Assembly: GCA_963716045.1 (NCBI GenBank)
Contig: CAVQSS010000009.1
Span: 128,852 to 192,851, forward strand
Direction: 5' to 3'
Source: an uncultured delta proteobacterium
GTDB taxonomy: Bacteria > Desulfobacterota > RBG-13-43-22
DNA: 64,000 nt
In this document: piece after piece, positions 18,474-28,584 of the stretch
Layout of the letters: every line of letters starts with the position of its first letter
How positions within the stretch are numbered: the stretch's first letter is position 1
Made by a program: the position numbers and the translations under genes
Notes under the pieces: generated by a model
Told to the model about the DNA's origin: nothing
What the model saw: only the letters and a program-made list of their open reading frames with translations
The model's database searches: none

Positions 18474-18507
18474 AAATAAATACGGGAGGGGCTGAACCCC
18501 TCCCGTA
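18474..18507 (-). terminator. Rho-independent terminator after flgE
   Basis: Perfect 11-bp stem TACGGGAGGGG / CCCCTCCCGTA (18481-18491 and 18497-18507) with a 5-nt loop. A T-rich tract follows on the minus strand. Confidence 0.75.
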
Positions 18508-18528
18508 TACTTAGGGCTGTTGAAATTA

Positions 18529-19830
18529 TTAGCGGATATTTTGGACGGCCTGCATCATCTCATCGACCATGGTGATGACCTTGGCGTTGGCCTGGTAGGC
18601 CCGCTGCACGATGATCATTTTGATCATCTCCGAGGCCAGGTCCACATTGGCCGCTTCCAGCATGGTGGGGTTGATCTTGCCCAAACTCCCTTCCCCGGCC
18701 TTCCCGTAGAGGGGGTCGCCGGAAGCGATGGTGTTCTGGTAAAGGGTCTGTCCTTTTCGGTCCAGGCCGCCCAGGCTTTTAAAGGTGGCCAGGGCCATTC
18801 GGAACAGGGGTTTATTGGTGCCGTTGGAATAGGCGGCCGTCAGGTTCCCGAACTCATCGATCGAAACCGAGGTGGCGCTGCCGGGCGGAAAACCGTTCTG
18901 ATTCAGGTCCTGGAGCAGGGAGGGGGCGGCAAAGGATACGCTGTCAGCGAAATCAATCGTACTGGCGATACTTACGCTCCCATTCTTGTAGGTCAATCCC
19001 CCAGCGGCACCAAAGGGCACCGCGGCCGCCGGGGCGGTCATTGCTCCGGTAGCGGGATCAAAGGCCATGCCGGCTCCGGACCCAAACAATTGAGGTACTC
19101 CCGCGGTTCCAGTCAAAGTATCGCCGCCGTCAATCAGGGCATTCCAATTCCAGGAGGCCGGCGGGCCGGCGGCGGTTTTGGTAAAAAAGACTTGAATCAC
19201 ATGGCTCGACCCCAGGGAGTCATAGATAGTCACCGGCGCCGAAAAATTATACATATCCGGGGTAGGGGGCAGGGCCCAGGGAGTCACTTTTACGTCCGCG
19301 GAAGCATCCAAATTCAATTTCATGGTCGCTTCAGTGGTGGCCACCGGGGGGTTGACGCTTCCGGGGGTCACCTGTAAATCCGTTAAGGTCTCTTCCAGCG
19401 CATACTCTTTCGTAACGGAATCGAGGCCGTATTTATATCCCTGGACCCGGTAGCCCTGGCTGTTGATATAATAGCCTTCATTATCGATGCCCAGATGGCC
19501 GTCCCGGGTAAAATACTGCGCCCCATCACCGGGATTCTTGACCACAAAGAAGCCGCTCCCGTTGATGGCCACATCGGTCCCGGACCCGGTGGTCTCAAAA
19601 GTGCCCTGGGTATAATTAACGTCCACCGCCTGGGTCTTGGCCCCGGCCCCCACCCGATTCCCCCCGGATACCCCGGTAAGGCTCAGGCCCAGGACATCGC
19701 CGAAATAAATGGAGCTGCCCTTATAACCGGTGGTGCCCACATTGGCCAGGTTGTCCCCCATGACCCCCATGGCCATCCCGCTGGTGTCCAACCCGCTGAG
19801 CCCCGTATAAAATGCTGATCCGATTCCCAT
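18529..19830 (-). CDS. flgE: Flagellar hook protein FlgE
   Basis: 433 aa. N-terminus FYTGLSGLDTSGMAMGVMGDNLANVGTTGYK. C-terminus LEAANVDLASEMIKMIIVQRAYQANAKVITMVDEMMQAVQNI. Confidence 0.95.
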   Translation of the reverse strand: MGIGSAFYTGLSGLDTSGMAMGVMGDNLANVGTTGYKGSSIYFGDVLGLSLTGVSGGNRVGAGAKTQAVDVNYTQGTFETTGSGTDVAINGSGFFVVKNPGDGAQYFTRDGHLGIDNEGYYINSQGYRVQGYKYGLDSVTKEYALEETLTDLQVTPGSVNPPVATTEATMKLNLDASADVKVTPWALPPTPDMYNFSAPVTIYDSLGSSHVIQVFFTKTAAGPPASWNWNALIDGGDTLTGTAGVPQLFGSGAGMAFDPATGAMTAPAAAVPFGAAGGLTYKNGSVSIASTIDFADSVSFAAPSLLQDLNQNGFPPGSATSVSIDEFGNLTAAYSNGTNKPLFRMALATFKSLGGLDRKGQTLYQNTIASGDPLYGKAGEGSLGKINPTMLEAANVDLASEMIKMIIVQRAYQANAKVITMVDEMMQAVQNIR

Positions 19831-19849
19831 GATTGCCCTCCTTTTCTTG

Positions 19850-20509
19850 TTAAGCCAAAATGGCTATGATTTCCGATAAAAGAACTTTTTTGGACCCTAT
19901 CTGGAGGTAGGCTTTTCCCTGGTCGAGGGTTACACCGTTCACCTGGCCGACCATCGTCGTCTTGACCTCGATGGTAGCGCCCTGGGCGTCGACGGCCGAG
20001 ACCTGAAAATTATACTGCCCGTCGGGCAAAGCGGCCCCTTGCTGGTTTTTGCCATCCCAGGTGAATTTTTGCTTTTGAGTGTCCTTGACCCCGGACTCGA
20101 TAACCCGAACCAAACTCCCCTGCTCATCCATAATCTTGACGGTCACCTTACCCGGTTTGTCCAGTTGGTAGCTTCCTTCAGAGGCGGTTCCCTGGCTGAG
20201 GGTCAGAGCGTTCCCTTTGACCTCCACTTTCTTGCCCACCAGGGCGCCGGCCTGCAGGTTGTTTACCGCCGTCTGGGAGCTTTCCATATTCTTCATGGAT
20301 TCGCTCATGGTGTTAAGTGATTGGACCATGCTGAACTGGGCCATTTGAGAGGCCATCTGGGAGTTATCCAAAGGCTGCAAGGGATCTTGATACTTCAATT
20401 GGGTAACAAAAATATTCAAGAAGTCCGCCTGATTCAAAGCACCGTTTTTCTTTGTCGGGGTGGTTGAAGCGGCTGCCGCCGTGGTTGCATTTATCGCGCT
20501 GGTTGTCAT
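19850..20509 (-). CDS. flgD: Flagellar hook capping/assembly protein FlgD
   Basis: 219 aa. Contains DFLNIFVTQLKYQDPLQPLDNSQMASQMAQFS, followed by an Ig-like FlgD C-domain. Confidence 0.9.
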   Translation of the reverse strand: MTTSAINATTAAAASTTPTKKNGALNQADFLNIFVTQLKYQDPLQPLDNSQMASQMAQFSMVQSLNTMSESMKNMESSQTAVNNLQAGALVGKKVEVKGNALTLSQGTASEGSYQLDKPGKVTVKIMDEQGSLVRVIESGVKDTQKQKFTWDGKNQQGAALPDGQYNFQVSAVDAQGATIEVKTTMVGQVNGVTLDQGKAYLQIGSKKVLLSEIIAILA

Positions 20510-20531
20510 TAACCTCTCCTCTTTTCGTGAA

Positions 20532-22316
20532 TTAGACCCAAGTGTCTACGTATTGATTGCCTTGGCTGAAACGAAGGGTTGCCGTTTCCGGAGAAGCGGG
20601 GATCAACCCTTCCGGCGACGCACGGCCCCCCTCTTGCCGGCTGTTTTCCCAGACCGGTTGCCGGCCCCCGAACCAGCGCTCCTCCTGAAAGGATTTCAAA
20701 TCCGGCTGCACCAGGACCTCGAACCGGTCAAGTTTGAAGCCGTCCAATTCCAAGGTCTTTTGAAGCTGGCCCTGACTGAAGTCCAGCAGTTCCTTGGTGT
20801 GGGGATTGTCGGTCCACAAGTGAGCGGTAACGAAATTTCGGTCGCGGTTGATCTCCAATAAAATGCTGCCCAATTGCGGTGGGTCGAGGGTCATTTGGAT
20901 ACGTTCTCCGCCATGCTGGAGATTACGGAGAAGCCCTTTGCTGTATTGTTGATACACGGAGAGGGCTTCTTTAATCCATTCCGGAGACGCTTTCGGTGGC
21001 GCCTCGACAACACGATCGGCCGGGACCCCCTCGATTCGAGGTGGGTCGGGAAACCTGCCTATGACTCCCGGGGGAGTTTCTTCCTGGACCCGGATCGGGT
21101 TATTCATTTCCGGCCCGCCGGAACCGGCCGGGGTTTCTCTATCATAATGGAGGGCGATCCCCGGCCCCACTTTTTCCGAGGACGCCCGGGGAAGGAAAGA
21201 GGTTTCCGGGGCCCTCTCGGTTAAGTTCGGGGAGGTCTTCTTGGGGTCCGGCAATCCTTCCGCCTTGGCCAAGGAGGAGCCTTCCTTGTCGGAAGGGATC
21301 TCTTTCGAGGTCGTCGGAATGGCGGCCATCGCGGCAATCTTTCCAGCTGGAGAATTTGATTCAACAGGGGCCGCCTCGGCGATCGGCGGACCTTCCAATA
21401 TTGGTGGGGCAGTGACCTTTTCCGTTCTGGATAACGCGTCTAAAGGGGGCACCTGGGAATCGGGTTTTATCTCCAGGGGAGCCGTATCACTTTCCGGACC
21501 CTTCAGCGCCGACTCCCGGAGAATCAAAGAAAGGGAGGGGTCCGGACCATCGACTATCGGGATGATCTCCGGGATGGCCGGACCTTGGGGAGAGAACAAC
21601 GGACCGTTTTCCGTCGTTGTCTGGGAAGACTTCATGGCTATCGCGGTTATCCCCGGAGAAACTTTTTGTTCTATGGTTAAAGATTCCGGGGCGGGGTAGA
21701 GGATCAGATTTTCAAAAGGGTTCGAAACCAGCGGGTTCTCTTTCAAGGTTCCTTCGGGCTGTACAGCGGCTGGAGCAGAAGCAGGTCCGGTTTCGTTGGC
21801 AATCCGGAAGTCTTCCTTAGGCGGGGCGAGCAGTTCCGGAAGAAGAACAGGCCCTCTTGGCTCTCCAAGCGTCCCAGGTAGAAGCGAATCCTGCGGCTTC
21901 ACCCCCGGGGCGGCGCTATTAATAATGAAAATAGTCGGTTCTTCGAGGTCCAATGGTTCCCCGGGCTGGCTCGGGGGATCCGGAAGGACGGCATTCGAGC
22001 TGGGGGGCGTTAGGAAGGCCGTGACTTGCGGATCGGTTGCCGGGTCCGGACTCTCCGGTTTGACTTTCTCCTTGGGGTTCGAAGGATCTTTCGGTCCCGC
22101 TCCCTCCCGCTGCAAACCGACCGGGTTTTCATTGGATCGGCTGAACTTCTTTTGACGGGCCATCACTTGGGCAAAACCCTCCCGCGGATTTTCAGGAGGT
22201 GCCTCCGGAGGGGCGTCCGGCAATTTTGATCGAGTCAGGGCGATAGGGGCAATGGTTTCCATGGTTTGACCAAAAGGTAAAGCAATGGTCGTGCCATCGT
22301 TAGCTCCCCCCCACAC
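20532..22316 (-). CDS. fliK: Flagellar hook-length control protein FliK (Pro-rich)
   Basis: 594 aa. A long Pro/Glu-rich spacer is followed by a C-terminal Flg_hook domain (ERIQMTLDPPQLGSILLEINRDRNFVTAHLWTDNPHTKELLDFSQGQLQKTLELDGF). The start is uncertain: GTG at 22316 or ATG at 22262. Confidence 0.8.
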   Translation of the reverse strand: MWGGANDGTTIALPFGQTMETIAPIALTRSKLPDAPPEAPPENPREGFAQVMARQKKFSRSNENPVGLQREGAGPKDPSNPKEKVKPESPDPATDPQVTAFLTPPSSNAVLPDPPSQPGEPLDLEEPTIFIINSAAPGVKPQDSLLPGTLGEPRGPVLLPELLAPPKEDFRIANETGPASAPAAVQPEGTLKENPLVSNPFENLILYPAPESLTIEQKVSPGITAIAMKSSQTTTENGPLFSPQGPAIPEIIPIVDGPDPSLSLILRESALKGPESDTAPLEIKPDSQVPPLDALSRTEKVTAPPILEGPPIAEAAPVESNSPAGKIAAMAAIPTTSKEIPSDKEGSSLAKAEGLPDPKKTSPNLTERAPETSFLPRASSEKVGPGIALHYDRETPAGSGGPEMNNPIRVQEETPPGVIGRFPDPPRIEGVPADRVVEAPPKASPEWIKEALSVYQQYSKGLLRNLQHGGERIQMTLDPPQLGSILLEINRDRNFVTAHLWTDNPHTKELLDFSQGQLQKTLELDGFKLDRFEVLVQPDLKSFQEERWFGGRQPVWENSRQEGGRASPEGLIPASPETATLRFSQGNQYVDTWV

Positions 22317-22446
22317 GGCCCAGGGCTGATTTATTTGGTTGTCTTTTCGATTAGTTATAAGAAGTTGGCGGTGAGGTTGCCCGGTGAGGTTGGACCAAGC
22401 GGCAATTATTTCCAGGGTAGCCCGGACAGAGTAGAAATTTTTTTCC

Positions 22447-23046
22447 TTAATTCGCCCGGGAAGTCAGCAGACTCAAATTAGCGCTGATCCTGGCCGCGCG
22501 GGCAGGATCCAAATGGGTTAGAATTCCTCCAACTTCCTTGCTGCGCATGATTTGAAATACCTCGGTGACGGTCTTGTCGTCCATCTTCTCAATCATCCGA
22601 GCCGCTTTATCCGGCAGCATGGCGCAAAAAATTTCTGAAAGATGCTGAATCTTTTTATCTTGAATCGTTTTGGATTGGTCCACGATCTTCTTCAATTGGA
22701 CCTGTAATTGACTCAACTGGTTGATCTTTCCCTCGATCTCCAATTGAATCCGGACCAAATCCTTCTCTTTTTGGTCCACCTGTTGTTTCTGATTTTCAAT
22801 GGCCCGGGACTTCTCCTGCAAGGCTTTAAGGATTTCCGGATCCTGGGCCCAGGCTTCAGCGGCGGATGTTTGGGGCGTCTTATCGATTCGAACGGTGTGC
22901 CGCCCTTGGATCGCGGAGGGTTTGATTTCCGGCCTTTCCGTAGAATTAAGCCCGGAAAGGCCGACTTTGGCGATCAATAGGACCAGCAAGAAAACCTGCA
23001 GGCCCAGCAGGTAATAAAAAAAGTTAATCCCTTTCCGGGTTCCCAT
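22447..23046 (-). CDS. MgtE_N-domain flagellar protein (YlxF / MotE-like)
   Basis: 199 aa. N-terminal TM helix, coiled coil, and C-terminus LSEIFCAMLPDKAARMIEKMDDKTVTEVFQIMRSKEVGGILTHLDPARAARI. It sits between fliJ and fliK, as ylxF does in Bacillus. Confidence 0.6.
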   Translation of the reverse strand: MGTRKGINFFYYLLGLQVFLLVLLIAKVGLSGLNSTERPEIKPSAIQGRHTVRIDKTPQTSAAEAWAQDPEILKALQEKSRAIENQKQQVDQKEKDLVRIQLEIEGKINQLSQLQVQLKKIVDQSKTIQDKKIQHLSEIFCAMLPDKAARMIEKMDDKTVTEVFQIMRSKEVGGILTHLDPARAARISANLSLLTSRAN

Positions 23047-23049
23047 AGG

Positions 23050-23499
23050 TTAGATTCCTTTCCTGGAACCGGGGCGCCGCTGGACCACCAGGTCATCCGT
23101 CAGTTTTCGTTCCTTTTTATCCTGCTCGGTCAAGAATTTTTTGAACTGTCGTTCCTTGAGCTTTTCCAATATTTTTCTTTCCCGGGTTAAGTCCATCAGC
23201 GTTCGCCGTTCCGTTTCAATACCCTTTAGATTTTTTTCCCGCTCCCGTTCCAGGACTTCCAGTTTTCGAAAGCTGTCATCGAAATAATCCAGGTAGAGCA
23301 TCAGGTCGCTGGCCGTAGCGCCCTGGCCGGCCTTTAGCCGGCATTCCCCGTCATAGGCCTTCCGGGTTTCCCGGAGCTGCTCCATTCGTTCTTCCTGGCC
23401 GGCCAGGGCCTTGAGGTATCCGGCCAACCGAAGCTGGGATAGTTCTTCCAGATTTTTTCGCCAAAGGTACAGGGCCTGCAGTCGAAAGGTAAAGGCCAT
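23050..23499 (-). CDS. fliJ: Flagellar export chaperone/stalk protein FliJ
   Basis: 149-aa all-helical coiled coil (FRLQALYLWRKNLEELSQ...). It lies immediately after fliI. Confidence 0.75.
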   Translation of the reverse strand: MAFTFRLQALYLWRKNLEELSQLRLAGYLKALAGQEERMEQLRETRKAYDGECRLKAGQGATASDLMLYLDYFDDSFRKLEVLEREREKNLKGIETERRTLMDLTRERKILEKLKERQFKKFLTEQDKKERKLTDDLVVQRRPGSRKGI

Positions 23500-23502
23500 G
23501 GA

Positions 23503-24828
23503 TCAACGACTCGCCAGCGATTTCAGTTGCATCAAGGTTGAGGCAAAATCCACTTTTTCCTCGACCTCCTGTCGAAGAAAGGCATTGATCTCCGGCATCT
23601 TTTTGATGGCCTGGTCAATCTGAGGATTGCTCCCGGCCACATAGGCTCCGAGGTTGATCAGGTCTTCCGCTTTTTTGTAAACGGCCATAGTGGCAATCAG
23701 TTGATTGCGGGCCGTCAACTGGTCCCGATCCACCACATCGGGCATAACCCGGCTGATGCTGCCCAGGATATCAATGGCCGGGTAATGATTTTGGTTGGCT
23801 AAATCCCGGGAAAGCACGATATGTCCATCGGCCACGGAGCGAACCGCATCGGCGATAGGGTCATTAATATCGTCGGCCTCCGTCAGAACCGTATAGATCC
23901 CGGTGATGCTCCCTAGACCGGGAGTCGTTCCGACCCGCTCCAGCAGACTCGGCAATTGGGCGTAGACGCTGGGGGTGTAGCCCTTGGTGGTCGGCGGCTC
24001 CCCCACGGCCAGGCCCACTTCCCGGGAAGCCATAGCAAAGCGGGTGATGGAATCCATCATGAACAGCACGTTTTTTTTCCGGTTCCGAAAAAATTCGGCA
24101 ATCACCGTTGCCAGATACGCTCCCCGGATGCGGATCAAGGGCGGCTGGTCGGAGGTGGCCACCACGACCACCGATCGCTTTAACCCCTCCGCCCCCAGAT
24201 CTTTCTCGATAAATTCCCGGACTTCCCTTCCCCGTTCTCCGATCAGGGCGATCACGGAAACCTCAGCCGAGGTATGGCGGGCCATCATTCCGAGCAGGGT
24301 GCTCTTCCCCACCCCGGACCCGGCCATGATGGCCAGGCGTTGTCCCCGGCCCAAAGTCAGCAGCCCATTGACGGCCTTGAGTCCCACATCGATGGGCTCC
24401 GAAATTCTTTTTCTCAATACCGGATTAACGGCTTTGACCTGGAAAGGGAGCGTTTCTTCCAAAAGGAGCGGTCCCTTCTGGTCCAGCGGTTCCCCCAAGC
24501 CGTCGATAACCCGCCCGAGCAGCCTTTCCCCCACCTGGGCCAGGGCCGGAAAACCGGCCGGCTTAATCCGGCATCCGGGTTCAATCCCCTGACTTGCCCC
24601 GAAGGGCATGAGAAGAATTTTTTGATCCCGAAACCCGACGACTTCAGCCGGGATCTTTCGGCTCTTATCGTTCATTTCGATGTGACAGATATCGCCCACC
24701 GCCGCCCGTGGTCCCTGGCCTTCAATTACCAATCCAATCACCTGAGTGGTGCGTCCATAATTGGAAATGGTTTCCGTTTCTTCTGCCAGGGTTTGAAAGG
24801 CCGTCCAGGAAGTTGGGGTTAAGCGCAT
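23503..24828 (-). CDS. fliI: Flagellum-specific ATPase FliI
   Basis: 441 aa. Walker A GSGVGKSTLLGMM and Walker B VLFMMDSITRFAMA. F1-beta-like fold motifs are present. Confidence 0.97.
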   Translation of the reverse strand: MRLTPTSWTAFQTLAEETETISNYGRTTQVIGLVIEGQGPRAAVGDICHIEMNDKSRKIPAEVVGFRDQKILLMPFGASQGIEPGCRIKPAGFPALAQVGERLLGRVIDGLGEPLDQKGPLLLEETLPFQVKAVNPVLRKRISEPIDVGLKAVNGLLTLGRGQRLAIMAGSGVGKSTLLGMMARHTSAEVSVIALIGERGREVREFIEKDLGAEGLKRSVVVVATSDQPPLIRIRGAYLATVIAEFFRNRKKNVLFMMDSITRFAMASREVGLAVGEPPTTKGYTPSVYAQLPSLLERVGTTPGLGSITGIYTVLTEADDINDPIADAVRSVADGHIVLSRDLANQNHYPAIDILGSISRVMPDVVDRDQLTARNQLIATMAVYKKAEDLINLGAYVAGSNPQIDQAIKKMPEINAFLRQEVEEKVDFASTLMQLKSLASR

Positions 24829-25538
24829 TTTTTTTCCTGAGGCAATCGGTATTGGATCTGTTCCACGATCCGATCAAACTGGCCTTCAAGGGTGGCGTCG
24901 ATGACCCCCAATTCCGTCTCCAGGAGTCCGCCCCCGGGGGTGATGGCCTCGTCTTCCAGAATTTTTACCCGTTCCCGGTCATTCAACACCCAGGGAAGCT
25001 GATCCGGATGGGCCAGTAGATATTTATAATCCACCGGGTTGACGTGGAGAATGATCCGGCGGTTTTCCTCGGTCTTCTTGAGGGCCGCCGACAAGGTGTC
25101 TTTGATGACCCCGGCCGTCAATCGCGATTCCCGCTGGAGGATCTTTTTGATCACGCAAAAGGCAAATTCGACCATGTCCTGTTCGAACTGCTGGAAAAGG
25201 GCTCCTTTCTGGTTTTCAATTTGAGCCAGGAGGGTGTTGATCTGTCTGATGACCACTTCCAGGCGCTTTTGCCCGTTCTCCAGGCCGTCTTTTTCCCCCT
25301 GAGCAAAGCCCTTCTCGTAAGCCTCGTGTTCGATCAGCGCGGCCTTATTTTTCAGTTCCTGATAAACCTGCTCCTGCATCTCCTCCATATACCGGGTCAC
25401 CTGGGGGTGGAACTGAAATTGACTATTGGTCGACTGGGGCTGGACGGCGCCCGGGCGAAAATCCGGAGATTGGTCGTTCCGGATAAAGGGGTTAATGGAA
25501 AACCTTTTTGGGGAGGTCCCGGCCGGCATCTGTTCCAC
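24819..25538 (-). CDS. fliH: Flagellar export ATPase regulator FliH
   Basis: 239 aa. Charged coiled-coil centre and a C-terminal FliH domain (ILHVNPVDYKYLL...GGGLLETELGVIDATLEGQFDRI). It sits between fliG and fliI. Confidence 0.8.
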   Translation of the reverse strand: MEQMPAGTSPKRFSINPFIRNDQSPDFRPGAVQPQSTNSQFQFHPQVTRYMEEMQEQVYQELKNKAALIEHEAYEKGFAQGEKDGLENGQKRLEVVIRQINTLLAQIENQKGALFQQFEQDMVEFAFCVIKKILQRESRLTAGVIKDTLSAALKKTEENRRIILHVNPVDYKYLLAHPDQLPWVLNDRERVKILEDEAITPGGGLLETELGVIDATLEGQFDRIVEQIQYRLPQEKKCA

Positions 25539-25541
25539 TCC

Positions 25542-26558
25542 TTAAACGAAAGCTTCTTCGCTGCCTTTACCGGCCAGAACGATTTTGCCTTCGGCTTCCA
25601 GTTTTTTAGCGATCTTGATGATCGACTGCTGAGCCACTTCCACATCTTTGAGCCGCACCGGCCCCATCACCTCAAGATCCTCCTTCATCATTTGCGCCGC
25701 CCGTTCGGACATGTTCTTGAAGATCTTCTCCCTCATTTCATCCGACGCTGTTTTCATGGCCAGGATCAATTCTTCATTGTTGACTTCCTTCAGGATGGCC
25801 ATAATGCCCCGATCGTCCACATTGATCAGGTCTTCAAAGATAAACATCAACTGGCGGATTTCATCGGCCAGGCCTTGTCGGAATTCTTCGATCCCCTTTA
25901 ATATATTGCCCTCCAGGGAGCTGTCCATCTGGTTCAACATTTCAGCCACCGAGCGCACGCCCCCGATCTGCTGCCCCTCAAAGCTTTTGACCGCCGCCAC
26001 TTCTTCCATTAAGGCCTGATCGATTTCCTCCACGATTTCCGGGGACACATTTTCCAATTCGGCTACCCGATAGGCCACTTCGGTCTGAAGGTTGATAGGC
26101 AGTTCGGTTAAAATGGCGGCCGCCTGCCCCGACTCCAGATGAGAAAGAATGATGGCAATGGTCTGGGGATGTTCATTGCGAATAAAATTGGCCAGGGTTT
26201 TGGGATCATATTTCTTGATTTTTTGAAATAATTTCCACTTGCCCTGCTCCTCGATCTCTTCGATGAGCTCCTGGCCTTTTTCCCCCGGAATGGCCCGGGT
26301 CACCACGTTTTTGATGAACTGGTTGCTTCCCTGGGAACTCAGGAGAAGAGGCTGGTCCACGGTATAGAGGCTGCTGAATTCAGAGAAAATGGTTTCTAAG
26401 GTTTTAGGACCGATGTAGTTGACCTGGGCAATATGGCTGCCCAATTTTTTGATCTCCTCCCCGTCCATCTGCTTGATAATATTGGCGGTCAATTCCTCGC
26501 CCAGGCTGAGCAGGAACATGGCGGCTTTCTGGGGACCGGTTAATTTATCATTGGCCAT
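25542..26558 (-). CDS. fliG: Flagellar motor switch protein FliG
   Basis: 338 aa. Contains LTGPQKAAMFLLSLGEE and MFIFEDL, plus the C-terminal torque helix region SERAAQMMKEDLEVMGPVRLKDVEVAQQ. Confidence 0.95.
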   Translation of the reverse strand: MANDKLTGPQKAAMFLLSLGEELTANIIKQMDGEEIKKLGSHIAQVNYIGPKTLETIFSEFSSLYTVDQPLLLSSQGSNQFIKNVVTRAIPGEKGQELIEEIEEQGKWKLFQKIKKYDPKTLANFIRNEHPQTIAIILSHLESGQAAAILTELPINLQTEVAYRVAELENVSPEIVEEIDQALMEEVAAVKSFEGQQIGGVRSVAEMLNQMDSSLEGNILKGIEEFRQGLADEIRQLMFIFEDLINVDDRGIMAILKEVNNEELILAMKTASDEMREKIFKNMSERAAQMMKEDLEVMGPVRLKDVEVAQQSIIKIAKKLEAEGKIVLAGKGSEEAFV

Positions 26559-26567
26559 GACCTGTGC

Positions 26568-28244
26568 TTACCCTTTCTCGTGCAGCCAGGATTTGACGAT
26601 TTCGGCCGCCTTGGTGGGGTCTTCCTCCACGGACTGGAAAATCTGTTTCCGGTCCATTCCTCTTGGAAGGCCCACTTCCTCGTTCTGGGCCAGCAGCGGG
26701 ACCTCTCCGCCTTCGGTCCCCGGGGGCAGCGCCGGCCGCGGCCGAAGCTGTTCCAATAAAACCTGTTCTTCCGCCCGGAAACCGCTGAAGAGATTTTTTT
26801 TCATCATCGGTTTGATCACCAAGAAGAAGAACAGCAGGGCCAAAACCAGGCTGATCAAGGGCTTATACAGCATTTGAAAATAGTCCTTCCAGGCCGACTC
26901 GGTCTCGGCCCGAGGTCCATCCTCCAGGGCCGACCAGGCGAAGGGCATGGAAGTGACCTCAACCTGGTCCCCACGGTTTTCGTCAAAGCCGATGGCCTTT
27001 TTCACCATGTTCTCAAAGTTTTTCATCTCTTCCGGCGGCCGGGGGACGAACTGCCGGACCTTGGCCCCTTTGGGGCCCACACTTTCCTTGTAGGTCCCGT
27101 CAATAATCACCGCGGTCGAAATTTTCTTGATTATTCCGGCCGGGCCGCGGATCTGTTTATTGATCTTGGAGATTTCATAATTTTTGGTTTCGTTTTGCCT
27201 TTCCGAAATACTCTGGCTCCCGCTGGCCGGGGTCCCGGAAAGGGTTTTCCCGGCGGTCGCCGTGTTGGATCGGGGAGGACTTTTGGAATCGGCGGGCAAT
27301 TTAAGTGAAACAAAACCCTCTTTGTCTTCACCGGTTCTGCCGCCGGTGGTGCTGGACGATTTCTCCAACGTTTTCTGTTCACTGCGGATGACCGTCGACG
27401 GATCGAACCGCTCCTCGGTGATGTTGACTTGCTGGAAATCCATGTCTGCCGAAACCCTGGCAATGGCTTTGTCGGAACCGACCACCCCTTCCAGCATTCC
27501 CTGAATTTTCTTTTTCAGGCCCTCCTCAATGTTGCGCTGATAATCCAACTGGCTGGTGGTCAACTGACCCGCGGGAGAGGCGTCGTTTTTCTTGGACAGC
27601 ATTTTACCGGTTTGATCCACCACCGTTACATTGTTGGGTTCCAGGCCTTCCACGGCGCTGGCCACCAAATGGAGAATGCCCTCCACCTGAGGGGGCCCCA
27701 AGGTCATCCCCGAACGGGTTTTCACCAGGACCGAAGCCGTCGGTTTTCTCTGTTCTTCCACGAAGAGGGAATCCTTGGGAGTGACGATATGGACCCGGGC
27801 CTGGTCAATTTCTTTAAATTGCTTGATCGTCCGGGCCAATTCCCCGGACAAGGCCCGTTGATAATTTAATTTCTGGACAAAGTCGGTGGTTCCCAAATTG
27901 GTTCGATCAAATACTTCAAATCCAACGCCCCCGCCTTTGGGCAGCCCCTCCGAAGCCAGCCCCAGGCGGGTATCGTACACCTGCTCCCGGGGGACCAGAA
28001 CCGCCGTCCCGCTCTGGGTCACTTGATAGGGGACTTTCTTCTCCTTGAGTTTGTTGGCAATTTCGCCGGCATCTTCCGGGGAGAGGTTACTAAACAGGAC
28101 CTGATACTCCGGGCGGGTATTCCAAAAGATGAGGGATCCGAACCCAATCCCGGCCACCAGGAGGATGGCGATCAACGAAAACAGACGCCCCTTGGATATG
28201 GAGCTGACTAACTGCGTGGATTGTTCGACCAATTTGGAGGCCAT
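26568..28244 (-). CDS. fliF: Flagellar MS-ring protein FliF
   Basis: 558 aa with N- and C-terminal TM helices. Contains ARVHIVTPKDSLFVEEQRKPTASVLV and a C-terminal FliG-binding tail. Confidence 0.95.
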   Translation of the reverse strand: MASKLVEQSTQLVSSISKGRLFSLIAILLVAGIGFGSLIFWNTRPEYQVLFSNLSPEDAGEIANKLKEKKVPYQVTQSGTAVLVPREQVYDTRLGLASEGLPKGGGVGFEVFDRTNLGTTDFVQKLNYQRALSGELARTIKQFKEIDQARVHIVTPKDSLFVEEQRKPTASVLVKTRSGMTLGPPQVEGILHLVASAVEGLEPNNVTVVDQTGKMLSKKNDASPAGQLTTSQLDYQRNIEEGLKKKIQGMLEGVVGSDKAIARVSADMDFQQVNITEERFDPSTVIRSEQKTLEKSSSTTGGRTGEDKEGFVSLKLPADSKSPPRSNTATAGKTLSGTPASGSQSISERQNETKNYEISKINKQIRGPAGIIKKISTAVIIDGTYKESVGPKGAKVRQFVPRPPEEMKNFENMVKKAIGFDENRGDQVEVTSMPFAWSALEDGPRAETESAWKDYFQMLYKPLISLVLALLFFFLVIKPMMKKNLFSGFRAEEQVLLEQLRPRPALPPGTEGGEVPLLAQNEEVGLPRGMDRKQIFQSVEEDPTKAAEIVKSWLHEKG

Positions 28245-28264
28245 CAGCCTTTGCCCTCAGCGCC

Positions 28265-28561
28265 CTATAGTTGCAGGCGCATGATTTCTTCGTAAGCGGT
28301 CATAATCTTGTTGCGGACCTGCACCATCAAGCGCAGGGAGATCCCCGCCTTCTCCATGGCGATCATCACTTCATGGACGTCTTTCGGCTCTCCGGCGGCC
28401 ATGGTTTCTATGGCCTGATTGGCCTCTTTTTGCAGACCGTCTATTTCGCGCACCGTTTGGGTAAGGGATTCCTTAAACCCGGCGGCCCCTTCCCGGCGGC
28501 CGACTTGCTCCAGAGGTGCCAGGCGGTACCCCGTTGGATCCAGACCATTGATAGCGTTCAT
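28265..28561 (-). CDS. fliE: Flagellar hook-basal body complex protein FliE
   Basis: 98 aa. Contains FKESLTQTVREIDGLQKEANQ and VHEVMIAMEKAGISLRLMVQVRNKIMTAYEEIMRLQ. Confidence 0.9.
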   Translation of the reverse strand: MNAINGLDPTGYRLAPLEQVGRREGAAGFKESLTQTVREIDGLQKEANQAIETMAAGEPKDVHEVMIAMEKAGISLRLMVQVRNKIMTAYEEIMRLQL

Positions 28562-28584
28562 AAATCGGTTTCCTCCTCTTCAAG

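Noticed and set aside
22395-22420. A sigma-54-like sequence CTGGAAATAATTGC upstream of fliK
   Set aside because: The GG-to-GC spacing is 2 nt too short for a functional -24/-12 promoter.
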